The translations under genes were made by a program, and so were the position numbers. Shown piece after piece: positions 37,101 through 37,209 of a stretch of 37,209 bases of DNA (position 1 is its first letter; every line of letters starts with the position of its first letter). The notes under the pieces are model-generated. The model was not told the origin of the DNA. It was given only the letters and a program-made list of their open reading frames with translations, and did not search any database. The DNA comes from a virus. Taxonomy: Duplodnaviria > Caudoviricetes. The stretch is from the IMG/VR virus record IMGVR_UViG_3300017774_003532, positions 1 to 37,209 of that record; one strand, 5' to 3'.

Positions 37101-37209
37101 TCTACGGATGGGCCATTTGTGTACTTGGGGTTTAGACCTCGTTTCTTGTTGTTAAAAATATCGTCTACTACGGGCGATTGGGCCATCTACGACACCTCAC
37201 GCAACACAT
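34122..37209 (+). CDS. Multidomain adhesin-like protein: Gly-rich domain, LamG/ConA-like lectin, SPRY-like domain and C-terminal YTGNG-repeat domain; 3'-truncated by window
   Basis: Not in the ORF track because it runs off the end. ATG 34122 follows GAGG and reads MATGNFTLKQ...EYLVVAGGGGG...GSGIVVVRY; SRSLRFN...TWTWSAWVKRG...FRDPSAWYH (~35040-35760); SSGKWYFE...DVIGVAV...FYKNG...NFGQRPF (~35930-36330); YTGNGSTQ...GFQPDFVWVK...GHGLGVAP. No stop codon was seen in the segments translated by hand. Confidence 0.85.
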   Translation, partial: MATGNFTLKQVNQAIAQGAWSGYIAPRWVEYLVVAGGGGGANGITNGNNGGGGGAGGLLTGIVTVATGTSYTVTVGAGGVTGSGGLYAGLQGANSVFGSIVSTGGGGGRSPSTPTTGGGGGSGGGGASGGSTGANSGGDGVVGQGNKGGSGTDGNTIRAAGGGGGAGTIGLNGITSSTGGNGGAGIASAITGTVVTYAGGGGGGIAFSGSSPSGVGGVGGGGGGATSATSATTGSANTGGGGGGAWGTTADTNGATGGSGIVVVRYPGNVQFYTGGTVNYSNGYIIHIFTASGTLAPTAPTVYSTSYQISRSLRFNAADSTYLTRTPASASNRTTWTWSAWVKRGSFSGVNQVLFGTLNSTSFFIYWDTVNCLSITDDSGAVIALGTTQVFRDPSAWYHVVFALDTTQATASNRVKLYINGTQVTAFQSTPLYPAQNTTFGINAATAQQIGSRGTGTNLFLDSYMTDVHFVDGQQLTPSSFGATDTTTGVWAPIQYTGTYGTNGFKLNFSDNSNTTAATLGADSSGNGNNWTPNNFSVTAGAGNDSLVDTPTPYGFDTGVGGAVRGNYATLNPLTNSSPYVLTDGNLLATRTGTAVGYNIATIAVSSGKWYFEFTHNGNGSGNSAAIQLGIISAENLPAFTTNSPANSYLYRSDGNKIINVTGSSYGASWTTNDVIGVAVNFDTSTLTFYKNGVSQGDLTTSLPSGNYLPMVAENSSVNATVSVIANFGQRPFAYTAPAGFKALCTTNLPTPAIGGSSETLASKFFNPVLYTGNGSTQSVTGVGFQPDFVWVKERSSTSGHVLFDAIRGVTKYLESNATAAEGTDASTLTAFNSDGFSVGSSGAMNQSSQTYVGWNWKANGAGASNSAGSITSSVSVNQRSGFSIVTYTGTGANATVGHGLGVAPSMVIVKSRSNALHWVIYATAMGSPIHYLLFNTDGKGSAATVWNNTAPTSTVFSIGTDGTPNTNGATYAAYCFAPITGYSAFGSYTGNGSTDGPFVYLGFRPRFLLLKISSTTGDWAIYDTSRNT

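Noticed and set aside
14579-37209. Diversity-generating retroelement or invertase shufflon acting on fibre tips
   Set aside because: No reverse transcriptase, no recombinase, no TR/VR pair differing at adenines and no inverted cassettes were seen in this window

Overview
This window is a late (virion) gene region of a large T4-like myophage. It is AT-rich, almost entirely + strand, and carries at least 8 perfect TATAAATA late promoters. The order is: the 3' end of a gp5-like spike gene with a C-terminal M15 zinc peptidase, a PAAR/gp5.4-like tip, gp25, gp6, a gp7-like gene, a small structural protein, gp8, a DUF4815/VrlC-like protein apparently split in two, and then about 23 kb of tail-fibre/adhesin modules. 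These modules include three peptidase-S74 chaperone-tailed fibres, several mini-fibres, Gly-rich proteins and a Gly-rich/LamG/SPRY protein running off the end. A cassette of two cupins and two 2OG-Fe(II) oxygenases and one antisense gene interrupt the fibre genes. Two unexplained patterns stand out. First, short internal or C-terminal motifs recur in matched numbers with N-terminal motifs of downstream genes, suggesting a plug-and-socket code for a branched fibre tree. Second, a covarying RNA hairpin covers the RBS of both 'IKIxxTTVIDDSR' genes. Family assignments are from motif recognition only; no searches were run.
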